Made by a program: the position numbers and the translations under genes
Origin: an uncultured delta proteobacterium
GTDB lineage: Bacteria > Desulfobacterota > RBG-13-43-22
Reading direction: 5' to 3'
Length of the DNA stretch: 64,000 nt
Assembly (NCBI GenBank): GCA_963843145.1
Contig: CAWJJC010000028.1
Span: 448,001-512,000, forward strand
Shown: positions 26,735 through 35,078 of the stretch, one piece after another
Layout: every line of letters starts with the position of its first letter
Position numbering within the stretch: the stretch's first letter is position 1
The notes under the pieces: model-generated
What the model was told of the DNA's origin: nothing
Seen by the model: the letters and a program-made list of their open reading frames with translations, nothing else
Database searches by the model: none

Positions 26735-27295
26735 TCAGTCCAGGGGAAGGGTTCCCCGGCAATTCGGGTAACCTGAACAGCCTAGAAATTGGGAACCGGC
26801 TTGTTTACCCTGTCGGGCGGTACGCACCACCAGGGATTTGCCACAAAGCGGGCAAAGGGGAAGGTTTTTCTTGGGCCGATTCGTCCGATGCCTTTTCTCC
26901 ACCTCCCGAACCGCTATCGCCTCCGGATCGTCTTTCCCCCATTGCCCCAGACCGCGCTGGCGCAGAAAATCCTCGTAGTCAAGTAAGAGATCATCAAGGC
27001 TGGCCCGGGCGACGTTTACCAGGCGCAGTTCGGTCTGGGTCGAGGTCGCCGAGGCGCGGCTGCCTTCAGCGATATTCTGCCTTCCGCTACGAGCGGCCTG
27101 CACCATCTGGTCCACCGTGCGCGAGCGTTTATCCAGAAAACGGGCGCAAAACGACACCGTGGCGTCGTAGATTAGCGTCGCGGCTTGGAAGGAACGCAAT
27201 TGGCGATAGCCCCCGCTCGGGCGAATCCTTTCGGAGTTCAAGATTTCCTGGGACTTGTCGAATCCGTTCTTTTGGGTTGGCCTATCCATTTTCAT
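26735..27295 (-). CDS. Four-helix-bundle protein with C-terminal topoisomerase-type zinc ribbon; appears internally deleted
   Basis: GGYRQLRSFQ, RTVDQMVQAARSGRQNIAEGS, VARASLDDLLLDYEDFLR; then directly CPLCGK..FLGCSGYPNC. Confidence 0.7.
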   Translation of the reverse strand: MKMDRPTQKNGFDKSQEILNSERIRPSGGYRQLRSFQAATLIYDATVSFCARFLDKRSRTVDQMVQAARSGRQNIAEGSRASATSTQTELRLVNVARASLDDLLLDYEDFLRQRGLGQWGKDDPEAIAVREVEKRHRTNRPKKNLPLCPLCGKSLVVRTARQGKQAGSQFLGCSGYPNCRGTLPLD

Positions 27296-28757
27296 GGTGT
27301 ATAGGCGGTTTTCGCCGGGCCCAGGGCCGGGCCTCCTCCAACTGGCCGGCCAGTTGAAACAAGGTTGCCTCATCGCCGAAGCGGCCGGCGAAATGGACCC
27401 CGATCGGAATATCTTTCTTGTTCCAGAAGAGGGGTACCGACATGGCCGGCTGGCCGGTTACGTTTTGGATCCGGGTGAAGGCCACCAGGGCCTCGGTAGC
27501 TTCCAGCCAGCGGTTGGGATCTTCAACGGACCATTGAAAAGAACCGAGCTTGACCGGGGGAACCCGCAGGGTAGGGGAGAGCAGCAGGTCATAATCGCCG
27601 TCGTGATACCAGTGAGCCACTTTTCGAGTGAAACGCTGAAGCTCTTCTAAACTCCCCAGATAATCACTCCCGGTGCGTTTTAATCCGGCCCGATAAAATA
27701 TCCAGGTAAGCGGTTCGAGCTGGTCCTGGGTTATTTCCTTGGCCAGCGTTTTCTCCCAGTACTTTTTTATGTGGCCCACCAGGCAGGTAAAGAGGCCGCC
27801 ATAGGCTGCTGCGAAATTCGACCAGGCCAGTTTTTTCGGGGGGACTTCTTCGACGTTATGCCCCAGTTCTTCGCAAATTCGAACAGCATCCTGCAGGGCC
27901 TCACGGCAATCCGGATGTAACTCGGTCTGGAAGGCCCAGCCCTCCGGGACCGAGGTCAGAAATCCGATCTTGAAAGGGCCGGTTACCCGACCGACCTCCT
28001 CCCGGAACGGGCGTTCTCTAAATGGGGAGGCGTAGGCATCGCCCAGGTCCGGTCCGGAGGTCAGGTCCAGCAGGGCGGCCGAGTCTCGCACGGTGCGGGT
28101 CAGCCCATGTTCGTGGACCAATCCGCTTCCCAGATCAAAAAAATGAGGCCCCAGAGGGTTCCGTCCCCGAGTAGGCTTCAAACCGAAAACTCCGCAACAG
28201 GAAGCCGGAATCCGGATGGACCCGCCGGCATCATTCCCATGGGCCAAGGGCACGATTCCTGCCGCCACGGCCGCGGCCGCCCCGCCGCTGGAACCGCCGG
28301 GGGTTAAATCCGGATCCCAGGGGTTATGGGTCGGCCCATGCAATAACGGCTCGGTGGTGGGCAGGCAGCCGAATTCGGGAGTGTTTGTCTTGCCGACGAT
28401 GACCAATCCCCCGGCCCGCAGGCGTCCGACCAGTTCGCTATCCTGCCGGGAGATATATCCCCGGACCGCGCGTGACCCTTCCTGGAAAGGCGTGCCTGCG
28501 TATTCGGCAATCAGGTCCTTTAACAGGAAAGGAACGCCGGCGAAAACGGCAATCCCTGTTTTCCCGGCCCGGATTTTAGCCGACCACTGCTCCGCCTCGG
28601 ACCGGGCCTGGTCGTAGAGTTTGTGGATCACGGCGTTGAGCCGAGGGTTGACTCGCTCGATCCGTTCGATGGTGATCTCCAGAAGATCCAGGGGATTGAT
28701 ATCACCTTTACGGATCAGCGTTCCTAATTCTAGGGCGTCACAACCGGTCCATTCATC
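27282..28757 (-). CDS. Amidase-signature family amidase; start codon appears disrupted
   Basis: [39 protein letters not shown]. Homologous N-terminus ([23 protein letters not shown]) extends 42 codons beyond the track start, to an in-frame TGA at 28758-28760. Confidence 0.82.
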   Translation of the reverse strand, partial: DEWTGCDALELGTLIRKGDINPLDLLEITIERIERVNPRLNAVIHKLYDQARSEAEQWSAKIRAGKTGIAVFAGVPFLLKDLIAEYAGTPFQEGSRAVRGYISRQDSELVGRLRAGGLVIVGKTNTPEFGCLPTTEPLLHGPTHNPWDPDLTPGGSSGGAAAAVAAGIVPLAHGNDAGGSIRIPASCCGVFGLKPTRGRNPLGPHFFDLGSGLVHEHGLTRTVRDSAALLDLTSGPDLGDAYASPFRERPFREEVGRVTGPFKIGFLTSVPEGWAFQTELHPDCREALQDAVRICEELGHNVEEVPPKKLAWSNFAAAYGGLFTCLVGHIKKYWEKTLAKEITQDQLEPLTWIFYRAGLKRTGSDYLGSLEELQRFTRKVAHWYHDGDYDLLLSPTLRVPPVKLGSFQWSVEDPNRWLEATEALVAFTRIQNVTGQPAMSVPLFWNKKDIPIGVHFAGRFGDEATLFQLAGQLEEARPWARRKPPIHHENG

Positions 28758-28782
28758 TCACAGCCAGATCCTTCCGGGTTGG

Positions 28783-29310
28783 CTAGGGTTTAGGCAGGAT
28801 AACCGGCTGATTGGATTCCAGCTTTTGCTGAAACTCTTTCCAAAAAGATTCATCCGCTTTCTGCCAGCCGGCTCCGAAACGGGTGTTGAAAAATCCCCCC
28901 AACTTTTCAAAAAGGCGTTTCCAACCGGGGGCTGATTCGTAGCGGAGGACGTCTTCCAGGAAGGGGACAATTTCACTGAGCTTTTCCTTGGGCAGATAGG
29001 CCCGGGCGCCCATTTCGATGGAACGCTTTATGGCTTCGGGAGACAAGGCATGGGCCGTAAGCATGGCGATTGGGAATCCCCTGACCACGGCCTCTTGAAG
29101 CAGATCGAAACCCCGGACCCCCATGATATCCAGGACCACCAGATCATAGGTGTAGGATCGCAGATGGTCGAGGGCCGATTCATAGGTGCTCGCCTGATGG
29201 AGGATGCAGCCCCCACAGACTTCCGTAATATCTTCTTTTAAGATTTCTAAAACGTCCGGTTCATCATCTACTGTCAAAATCACTTTTCCTTTTAAAATCG
29301 ATTCTTGCAT
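28783..29310 (-). CDS. Response regulator receiver protein
   Basis: ILTVDDEPD, VVLDIMG, MLTA, YLPK. Confidence 0.85.
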   Translation of the reverse strand: MQESILKGKVILTVDDEPDVLEILKEDITEVCGGCILHQASTYESALDHLRSYTYDLVVLDIMGVRGFDLLQEAVVRGFPIAMLTAHALSPEAIKRSIEMGARAYLPKEKLSEIVPFLEDVLRYESAPGWKRLFEKLGGFFNTRFGAGWQKADESFWKEFQQKLESNQPVILPKP

Positions 29311-29483
29311 TGGAACGTCCTTTGGTAATGTTTAATTTGTACAAAAAATCTTTTTGTGCTTTTAATCTATCATTATAATGCTTATCTCCTATCCGGACAA
29401 CTGTAAAAATTTGAAGACGAATTTATCCGGCGAACGTACTTACTTTATGATATAATCGCTTCAGAAAAAATGGAGAGGTTGCT

Positions 29484-29843
29484 ATGGAATGCGCACGTTG
29501 TCAAGACCCCATCGAATCAGGGGAGGAGAGGGAATACGCCGGCCGGGTCCTCTGTGAAGACTGCTACATGGATGCCCTGTCGCCGGCCAAGACTTGCGAT
29601 CCCTGGGCGGTGCACAGCGCCAAATCATTTGCCCAGGCCGGGGGGGCCGCACCGGTCCTCAGTCCCTTGCAAAAACAAATTGTGGAATACTTACAGGAGA
29701 CCGGCGGCGTTGAACCTCGGCAGATTTCCGAACGGTTTCAGATCAAGCCGGCCGACCTGGAGCGGGAAATCGCCTCCTTGCGGCATATGGAGAAGATCCG
29801 GGGAGAGCTGCGGGAAGGGCGGAAGATCATTAAGACCTGGTAG
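29484..29843 (+). CDS. Hypothetical protein with Zn-finger-like Cys pairs and a C-terminal winged-HTH-like region
   Basis: CARC..CEDC..CDPWAV. GAGAGG RBS. Confidence 0.7.
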   Translation: MECARCQDPIESGEEREYAGRVLCEDCYMDALSPAKTCDPWAVHSAKSFAQAGGAAPVLSPLQKQIVEYLQETGGVEPRQISERFQIKPADLEREIASLRHMEKIRGELREGRKIIKTW

Positions 29844-30753
29844 CTAATTTCTGGGCCAGGTGGCGCACCCGGGCCTCCAGGTTGATTCGGTAGGCCGGCT
29901 CCGGCTGTTTGGGTTCAGGCCGGGAGTCATATTCATCGGCTTTGATCCATTCGACTACCCGCCGGATATCCCCGTCCTCCCGGGTCAGCAGATCAACTAC
30001 TTGATTTTTGAATTGAGGAGCCGTCCGGAGCGACCGTTTAAAATAATCCGCCACCTCCGACCCGGTGTAAACCAGGCGGTGGCCTTGGCAAAGGGTGTCC
30101 ACCTTGAGGGCCGCCAGCCGGGTCAGGGATTTTAAATAGACCTCATAGTCCACTAAAAATTCGGTGACCACATACCCCGTGGTATCGGCGCAGCCCACCG
30201 CTTCGGAAGCAATCAAGATCTTTCGTTCCGGGATGTAGTAGCTCAGAAAATCCCAGGTATGCCCTGGCGTGGCCATCACCTGGACGGAAAGCCCCGGCCC
30301 CAGTTCTATCCGCTCTCCATCCACCAGGACCCGATCCACCTCGAAGGGCTGAAAGGGTCCGCCCAGGCGCAGTTCCGGTTTCCAGCGGTTGACCGTGTCC
30401 GCCGCCGAATCATTTAAGTCGGCCATCAGCTTCCGAGCGTTAGGACGCCGGACAATCTCGGCCGCCCGTTGGGAAGCGGCAATGAGCAACCCGGGGAAGG
30501 CCTTTTTTAGATAAGCCGCGGCCCCGCAGTGGTCGAAGTGGACATGGGTCAGGAAAAGGATTTTCGGGCTTCTCCCCCCCAGGATTTTCCGGATGGCCTG
30601 TTCATAGAGAGGGCCCAAGACGCTGAAGCCGGCATCGAACAGAACCGGCCGGTCGCCGTCCAGGAGATAGGAAGGGACTTCACTGGCCCCGATGACGTAA
30701 AAGCCCGGGGCCACTTCGCCGGTTTTATCGAAAATCAAAAGGAAGCCTTTCAC
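29830..30753 (-). CDS. Metallo-beta-lactamase fold hydrolase
   Basis: LTHVHFDHCG, TPGHT, CQGH. Confidence 0.85.
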   Translation of the reverse strand: MKGFLLIFDKTGEVAPGFYVIGASEVPSYLLDGDRPVLFDAGFSVLGPLYEQAIRKILGGRSPKILFLTHVHFDHCGAAAYLKKAFPGLLIAASQRAAEIVRRPNARKLMADLNDSAADTVNRWKPELRLGGPFQPFEVDRVLVDGERIELGPGLSVQVMATPGHTWDFLSYYIPERKILIASEAVGCADTTGYVVTEFLVDYEVYLKSLTRLAALKVDTLCQGHRLVYTGSEVADYFKRSLRTAPQFKNQVVDLLTREDGDIRRVVEWIKADEYDSRPEPKQPEPAYRINLEARVRHLAQKLATRS

Positions 30754-30862
30754 AACAAGCGGAAGGTCAGTGCTATGTTCGTATTAAACCCGCATGCTCG
30801 GGGGGGGCACCCCAAGGCATAAAAATAATAGGGCCGAGACAACTCTCTAACCGCATGATATT

Positions 30863-30908
30863 AATAATCAATAATCAATTGTTCATTATCAATTGACTAT
30901 TGATTATT
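30863..30908. repeat. Empty heptameric (AATAATC) inverted-repeat element
   Basis: AATAATCAATAATCAATTG / CAATTGACTATTGATTATT; 18/19 complementary. Confidence 0.7.
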
Positions 30909-31005
30909 GGCCTTTTTGCAGGTCATAGAGTCTATTTTCGTTAAACCCCCAAGGAACTAGTATGTGCCTTGATTGCGCTCGGCACCCAACGCTTCGCGCT
31001 CCGCC

Positions 31006-31497
31006 TTACCCCACCGGGTCTTTAATCGTGAAGTAGCGGTTGGACAACCAGGCCAGGGGAACGGCTTTTTCATCCACCCGGTAATCGACCGCCTCGGCCA
31101 AATAGATGACATATTTCCCGACCGGATAGGAGGTGACCACCCGGCATTCGAGAAAGGCGTAAGAACCCTTGATGCCCGGCGAGGCGATGACTCTTGATTT
31201 CTCCAGGCCGATTTTAAACTTGGCGAATTTATCGACCCGGCTGCCATGCGTCGCACCCAGGGCCTTGGCCAGTTTGACCTGGCCGGCGGAGGCGATATTC
31301 AGGACAAATTCCGCTGATTCTTCGATCAACTGATAGGTGGTGGAGGACTTGGCCACGCTGACCACAAAATAGGCCGGGTCCTCGGAAACGAACATGCAGG
31401 TAGCGGTCATAGCATCTTTTTTCTTTTTGCCGGCAACACTCAGCAGCACCACCGAACAGGGAACCCAACGGGCGACATTGGTCATTTTTTTTTCCAT
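31006..31497 (-). CDS. Flavin reductase-like protein
   Basis: AMTAT..VSEDP, EFVLNI, HGSRVDKF, FLECRV. Confidence 0.82.
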   Translation of the reverse strand: MEKKMTNVARWVPCSVVLLSVAGKKKKDAMTATCMFVSEDPAYFVVSVAKSSTTYQLIEESAEFVLNIASAGQVKLAKALGATHGSRVDKFAKFKIGLEKSRVIASPGIKGSYAFLECRVVTSYPVGKYVIYLAEAVDYRVDEKAVPLAWLSNRYFTIKDPVG

Positions 31498-31859
31498 AAC
31501 CGACCTCCTATTTTATTAAGCAATACCTGTCTGCATCTTGAACGATCCGTTCTTTTTTTGCAAGCCAATCCAGATGCTTTTTCATAATGGCCCTTTCCCC
31601 GAACTCGAAAAAGGCCCGGGGTAGGGAGGACTTCGACGGTCAAGGAACCCAGATCGATGATTTCTCCATCCACATGCCAGTGGCTGAGCCAGATCTGGCG
31701 GACGGGCCTGGTATCCCGCAGCTTAATCAAGGCTTTTCGATCCGAGCCCGGATCGATCAGGATTCCGGCTTCTTCGATATAGACCGGGTTGCAATAGGGA
31801 TAACGCCCCCGGTTTTCACCTGGAATAAATCGAAGGGGGCCTACTGGTTGGCCAATCAT
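31482..31859 (-). pseudogene. Internally deleted MBL-fold hydrolase remnant
   Basis: GRYPYCN, ILIDPGS, WLSHWH then a jump to DGEIIDLG..PTPG. Lacks the DH of HxHxDH and the His after TPG; tail is unrelated. Confidence 0.6.
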
Positions 31860-31890
31860 CCCGCGTTATGTTCCTCTGGTTGCTTCCGCA

Positions 31891-32736
31891 TTAAATCACG
31901 CCGCGGTAATAGGCCAATTGGCGGGCATAGGGGGCAAAGCGCTGAGTCAAGTTTTCCTGTTCACTCGGAGAAAGGGGCTCGAAATCCCGACCGGCAGCAG
32001 CCAGGGTCTGGACCTCATCCGGAGTGGAACAACCGACGATGGCCACGGTGATATTCTGGGAGAGGGCATAACGGATTAATTCCTCGGCGCTGACCTCCAG
32101 ACCGGGTTGGAGATAATACCCGGCCCCCAGGACTTTCATACCGATTACGGCCAGCCCTTTCTCCCTGGCGGCGGCCAGGGTCGAATCCAGAAAGCCGCCC
32201 AGAACCCCCTCCACCGGATTGACCGGCAGGAGGACCGCGTCCACCGGCCAGTTGCTGACGGCCCGGGTCAGAACGGAGGGATCGTGGTGGCCGGTGACGC
32301 CGATGAAGCGGATCAACCCCTGAGCCCGGGCCTCCAGGAAAGCCTCCAAAGCCCCGCCCGGAGATTCAATTTGTTTTAAATCCCCCTCGGTCCGGACATC
32401 GTGGATCTGCCAGAGATCCAGGTAGGAGGTCCCCAGATTGGACAGGGTTTGCTGTAAATCCTGCCAAGCCCCCTTTCTATCCCGGCTGGCTGATTTGCTG
32501 GTTTGAAATACTTTCTCCCGAACCTGAGGGAGGCTTGGCCAGACGGTCCCATAGTACTTTTCGCTTCCGGCATAGGCCCGGGCCGAGTCAAAATAGGTGA
32601 TCCCCTGGTCCAAGGCCTCCCGAATCACGGCCTGAGCCTGCGGAGTCCGGCCGTGGGTCCGGAGGATTCCCTCGCCGCCCAACCCTACCCGGGTTACGGT
32701 CCGGCCGGTTTTCCCAAAAGGACTGGTCAGGGTCAT
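31891..32736 (-). CDS. Aldo/keto reductase
   Basis: GITYFDSARAY..SE, YLDLWQIH, RFIGVTGH, IGMK. Likely ATG 32736. Confidence 0.88.
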   Translation of the reverse strand: MTLTSPFGKTGRTVTRVGLGGEGILRTHGRTPQAQAVIREALDQGITYFDSARAYAGSEKYYGTVWPSLPQVREKVFQTSKSASRDRKGAWQDLQQTLSNLGTSYLDLWQIHDVRTEGDLKQIESPGGALEAFLEARAQGLIRFIGVTGHHDPSVLTRAVSNWPVDAVLLPVNPVEGVLGGFLDSTLAAAREKGLAVIGMKVLGAGYYLQPGLEVSAEELIRYALSQNITVAIVGCSTPDEVQTLAAAGRDFEPLSPSEQENLTQRFAPYARQLAYYRGVI

Positions 32737-32746
32737 AATTTGATTT

Positions 32747-33151
32747 TCACTTTTCTGAACCGGGCAAATCAGAGAGATCCACATCCCGGGCATCCGTCAA
32801 ACTTTGTCCGGTTTTTTCAAATTCTTCGGCGTCCGGTCGGCAGAGTCGAGTCCAAGGTATGGCCTGCATCCGCTTGAGCGGGATGGATTGGCCGCATTCC
32901 TCGCAAAGTCCGTACTTGCCGACCTCCATTTTTCTGAGAGCCAATTCAAGGGCTTCGATTTCTCCCCGCTCCCGCGAACCCAGTTGATTAAAAAGATCGG
33001 CCCGTTCGGCCTTCTGGGCCTGTTCTTCCATTTCAACTTGAGGTTCCTGTAAATCCTGCAGTCCGGATTCCAAACCGCGTACCTGATCGAAAATTTCCTT
33101 GCGTTTCAATAAGAGTTGGTTCCGCAAGCGGGACAGGTCTTGCTCATTCAT
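32747..33151 (-). CDS. TraR/DksA-family regulator
   Basis: Coiled coil, then ALRKMEVGKYGLCEECGQSIPLKRMQAIPWTRLC. Confidence 0.82.
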   Translation of the reverse strand: MNEQDLSRLRNQLLLKRKEIFDQVRGLESGLQDLQEPQVEMEEQAQKAERADLFNQLGSRERGEIEALELALRKMEVGKYGLCEECGQSIPLKRMQAIPWTRLCRPDAEEFEKTGQSLTDARDVDLSDLPGSEK

Positions 33152-33342
33152 GGTCGCCCTCCATAAATTTTTATTGAAAAGAACCACTAGAGAGATTTAA
33201 TATCAAACTTACCAAAGTCTAACCGGGTAGTCAATAAAACGCGCTGAAGGGATGAGAACATGGAGGGACTGGACCAAAGGCATAAGGGCAAAGGATAAAG
33301 GGTTCAATGGAAAAATACCCGAAAGAGAATTGAGTAAGGCCC

Positions 33343-34848
33343 TTGGCTCCCGCGCTTTATAACGAGTATTCCGCCTACTTGAAAAAAATGTTCGGCTGCC
33401 GGGTGCAGAAGATCCCTCTGGATGCCGGGCTAACCTGTCCGAACCGTGACGGGAGCAAGGGGATCGGAGGATGCCTTTACTGCGATGCCCGGGGCTCGGG
33501 GACCGGAGCGTCTGCCCGGCTGCCCTCCATAACCGACCAGCTTCGTCAGGGGAAGGATTTTTTTGGAAAACGCTATGGGGCCAAGAAGTTCATCGCTTAT
33601 TTTCAGTCCTTTTCCAATACCTACGCCCCGCTGGACCTCCTCGAAAAATTGTATCGGGAGGCCTTGGACCAGGAAGGAGTGGTGGGCCTGGCCGTGGGGA
33701 CCCGCCCCGACTGTGTTAACTCGGAGGTCCTGGATCTTCTGTCGTCCTATCAAAGGACGCATTTGGTCTGGATGGAATACGGTCTTCAATCCTTTCATCC
33801 GGAGACGCTGCGACGGATCAATCGGGGCCATACGGGGGAAGAATTCGAACAGGCCGTTTTAGAAACCCGGAAAAGGGGGCTGAATCTTTGTGTCCATGTG
33901 ATTCTGGGACTGCCCGGGGAAGGGCTTCCAGAGGTTCTGGAAACGGCCCGCCGCTTATCCGGGCTGGATATTCAGGGCCTTAAAATTCATTCGCTCTACA
34001 TCAACCAGGGCACGGGGCTGGAGGCCTGGTACCGGGATGGTCGTTATCGGCCGCTGACTCAGGGCCAATATGCGGACTGGGCCTGCCAATTCTTGGAGCA
34101 CATCCCCCCGGACTGGATTATTCAGCGCCTGACCGGGGATCCGAATCCCGGGGAACTGGTGGCGCCAAGCTGGGCGCTGGAAAAGAAAAAAACCCTGGAG
34201 CTGATCCGGACCTTGTTAGAAAAAAAGGGGGGTATCAGGGAATTAGATACAAAACCCTCGAAAACGGATAAGGGTGTTATGAAATTATCGAAAACTGGAA
34301 GGCCTGAGAAAGACCCCGACACCGTATCTTATGACTCCCGGTTGTTTCCTTCGGTCGGCCGGATTTACGTGGCGGCCACTTATCGGGGGATATGCCGGAT
34401 TTCCTTTCCGGCTCACCCGGTGGAACATTTTTTCAAGACCGTTATCAAAAAATACAATCCTAGTATTTTAATCCAAAACAATATGTTATTTGATAATTTC
34501 TATATCCAGCTTGAAGAATATTTAACCGGCCGGCGGGCGCTATTTTCCATCCCCCTGGACCTCCAGGGGACCTCTTTCCAGTCAGAGGTCTGGCAGGCTC
34601 TGGCTCAGATCCCCTATGGGGAGACCCGCAGTTACGGGGAGATTGCCAGACAGATCGGTCGTCCTAAAGCCGTCCGAGCCGTAGGGCAGGCCAACCATGT
34701 CAACCCCGTACCCATCCTTATTCCCTGCCACCGGGTCATCGGGTCTAAGGGGGACCCGGTGGGGTATGGGGGGGGAGTCCCGCTGAAAAATCAATTCCTG
34801 GCTTTAGAGAAAAAATTTCGTTGCAACTTTCTTTTCTCCCCGTTATAA
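33343..34848 (+). CDS. TIGR01212/YhcC-type radical SAM protein fused in frame to a methylated-DNA--protein-cysteine methyltransferase (Ogt)
   Basis: DAGLTCPNRDG..GCLYC, YFQSFSNTY, GTRPDC; C-terminal IPYGETRSY, RAVGQA, PCHRV. See finding on the junction. Confidence 0.85.
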   Translation: MAPALYNEYSAYLKKMFGCRVQKIPLDAGLTCPNRDGSKGIGGCLYCDARGSGTGASARLPSITDQLRQGKDFFGKRYGAKKFIAYFQSFSNTYAPLDLLEKLYREALDQEGVVGLAVGTRPDCVNSEVLDLLSSYQRTHLVWMEYGLQSFHPETLRRINRGHTGEEFEQAVLETRKRGLNLCVHVILGLPGEGLPEVLETARRLSGLDIQGLKIHSLYINQGTGLEAWYRDGRYRPLTQGQYADWACQFLEHIPPDWIIQRLTGDPNPGELVAPSWALEKKKTLELIRTLLEKKGGIRELDTKPSKTDKGVMKLSKTGRPEKDPDTVSYDSRLFPSVGRIYVAATYRGICRISFPAHPVEHFFKTVIKKYNPSILIQNNMLFDNFYIQLEEYLTGRRALFSIPLDLQGTSFQSEVWQALAQIPYGETRSYGEIARQIGRPKAVRAVGQANHVNPVPILIPCHRVIGSKGDPVGYGGGVPLKNQFLALEKKFRCNFLFSPL

Positions 34849-34894
34849 TACTACCCATTGTATAACTTATTGCGCTATTGTCTATATATGGTAT
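34848..34894. promoter_or_regulatory. Tandem NrdR-box-like sites upstream of nrdJ
   Basis: ATACTACCCATTGTAT (34848-34863) and TGTCTATATATGGTAT (34879-34894), 31 bp apart, resemble acaCwAtATaTwGtg. Confidence 0.55.
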
Positions 34895-35078
34895 AACTAC
34901 TGCGGTACGGCGATAGCGGTATGCTCGCCTTCCCAGCCAACCGGACCGGGGAAGACATTCTTAAAAAAATTCTTACAACCAACAGCCCTCCCAGGGGCCC
35001 CGGCGAATATTTTGGTTCAATTTAGCCGTTGGCATTATCTTTTGATCTTTGGAAATAAATAGAATTGAGGAGTTTTCT

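Noticed and set aside
28758-28760. In-frame TGA before the amidase as selenocysteine
   Set aside because: Not at a Cys-equivalent catalytic position; the upstream frame overlaps the response regulator and is not amidase-like.
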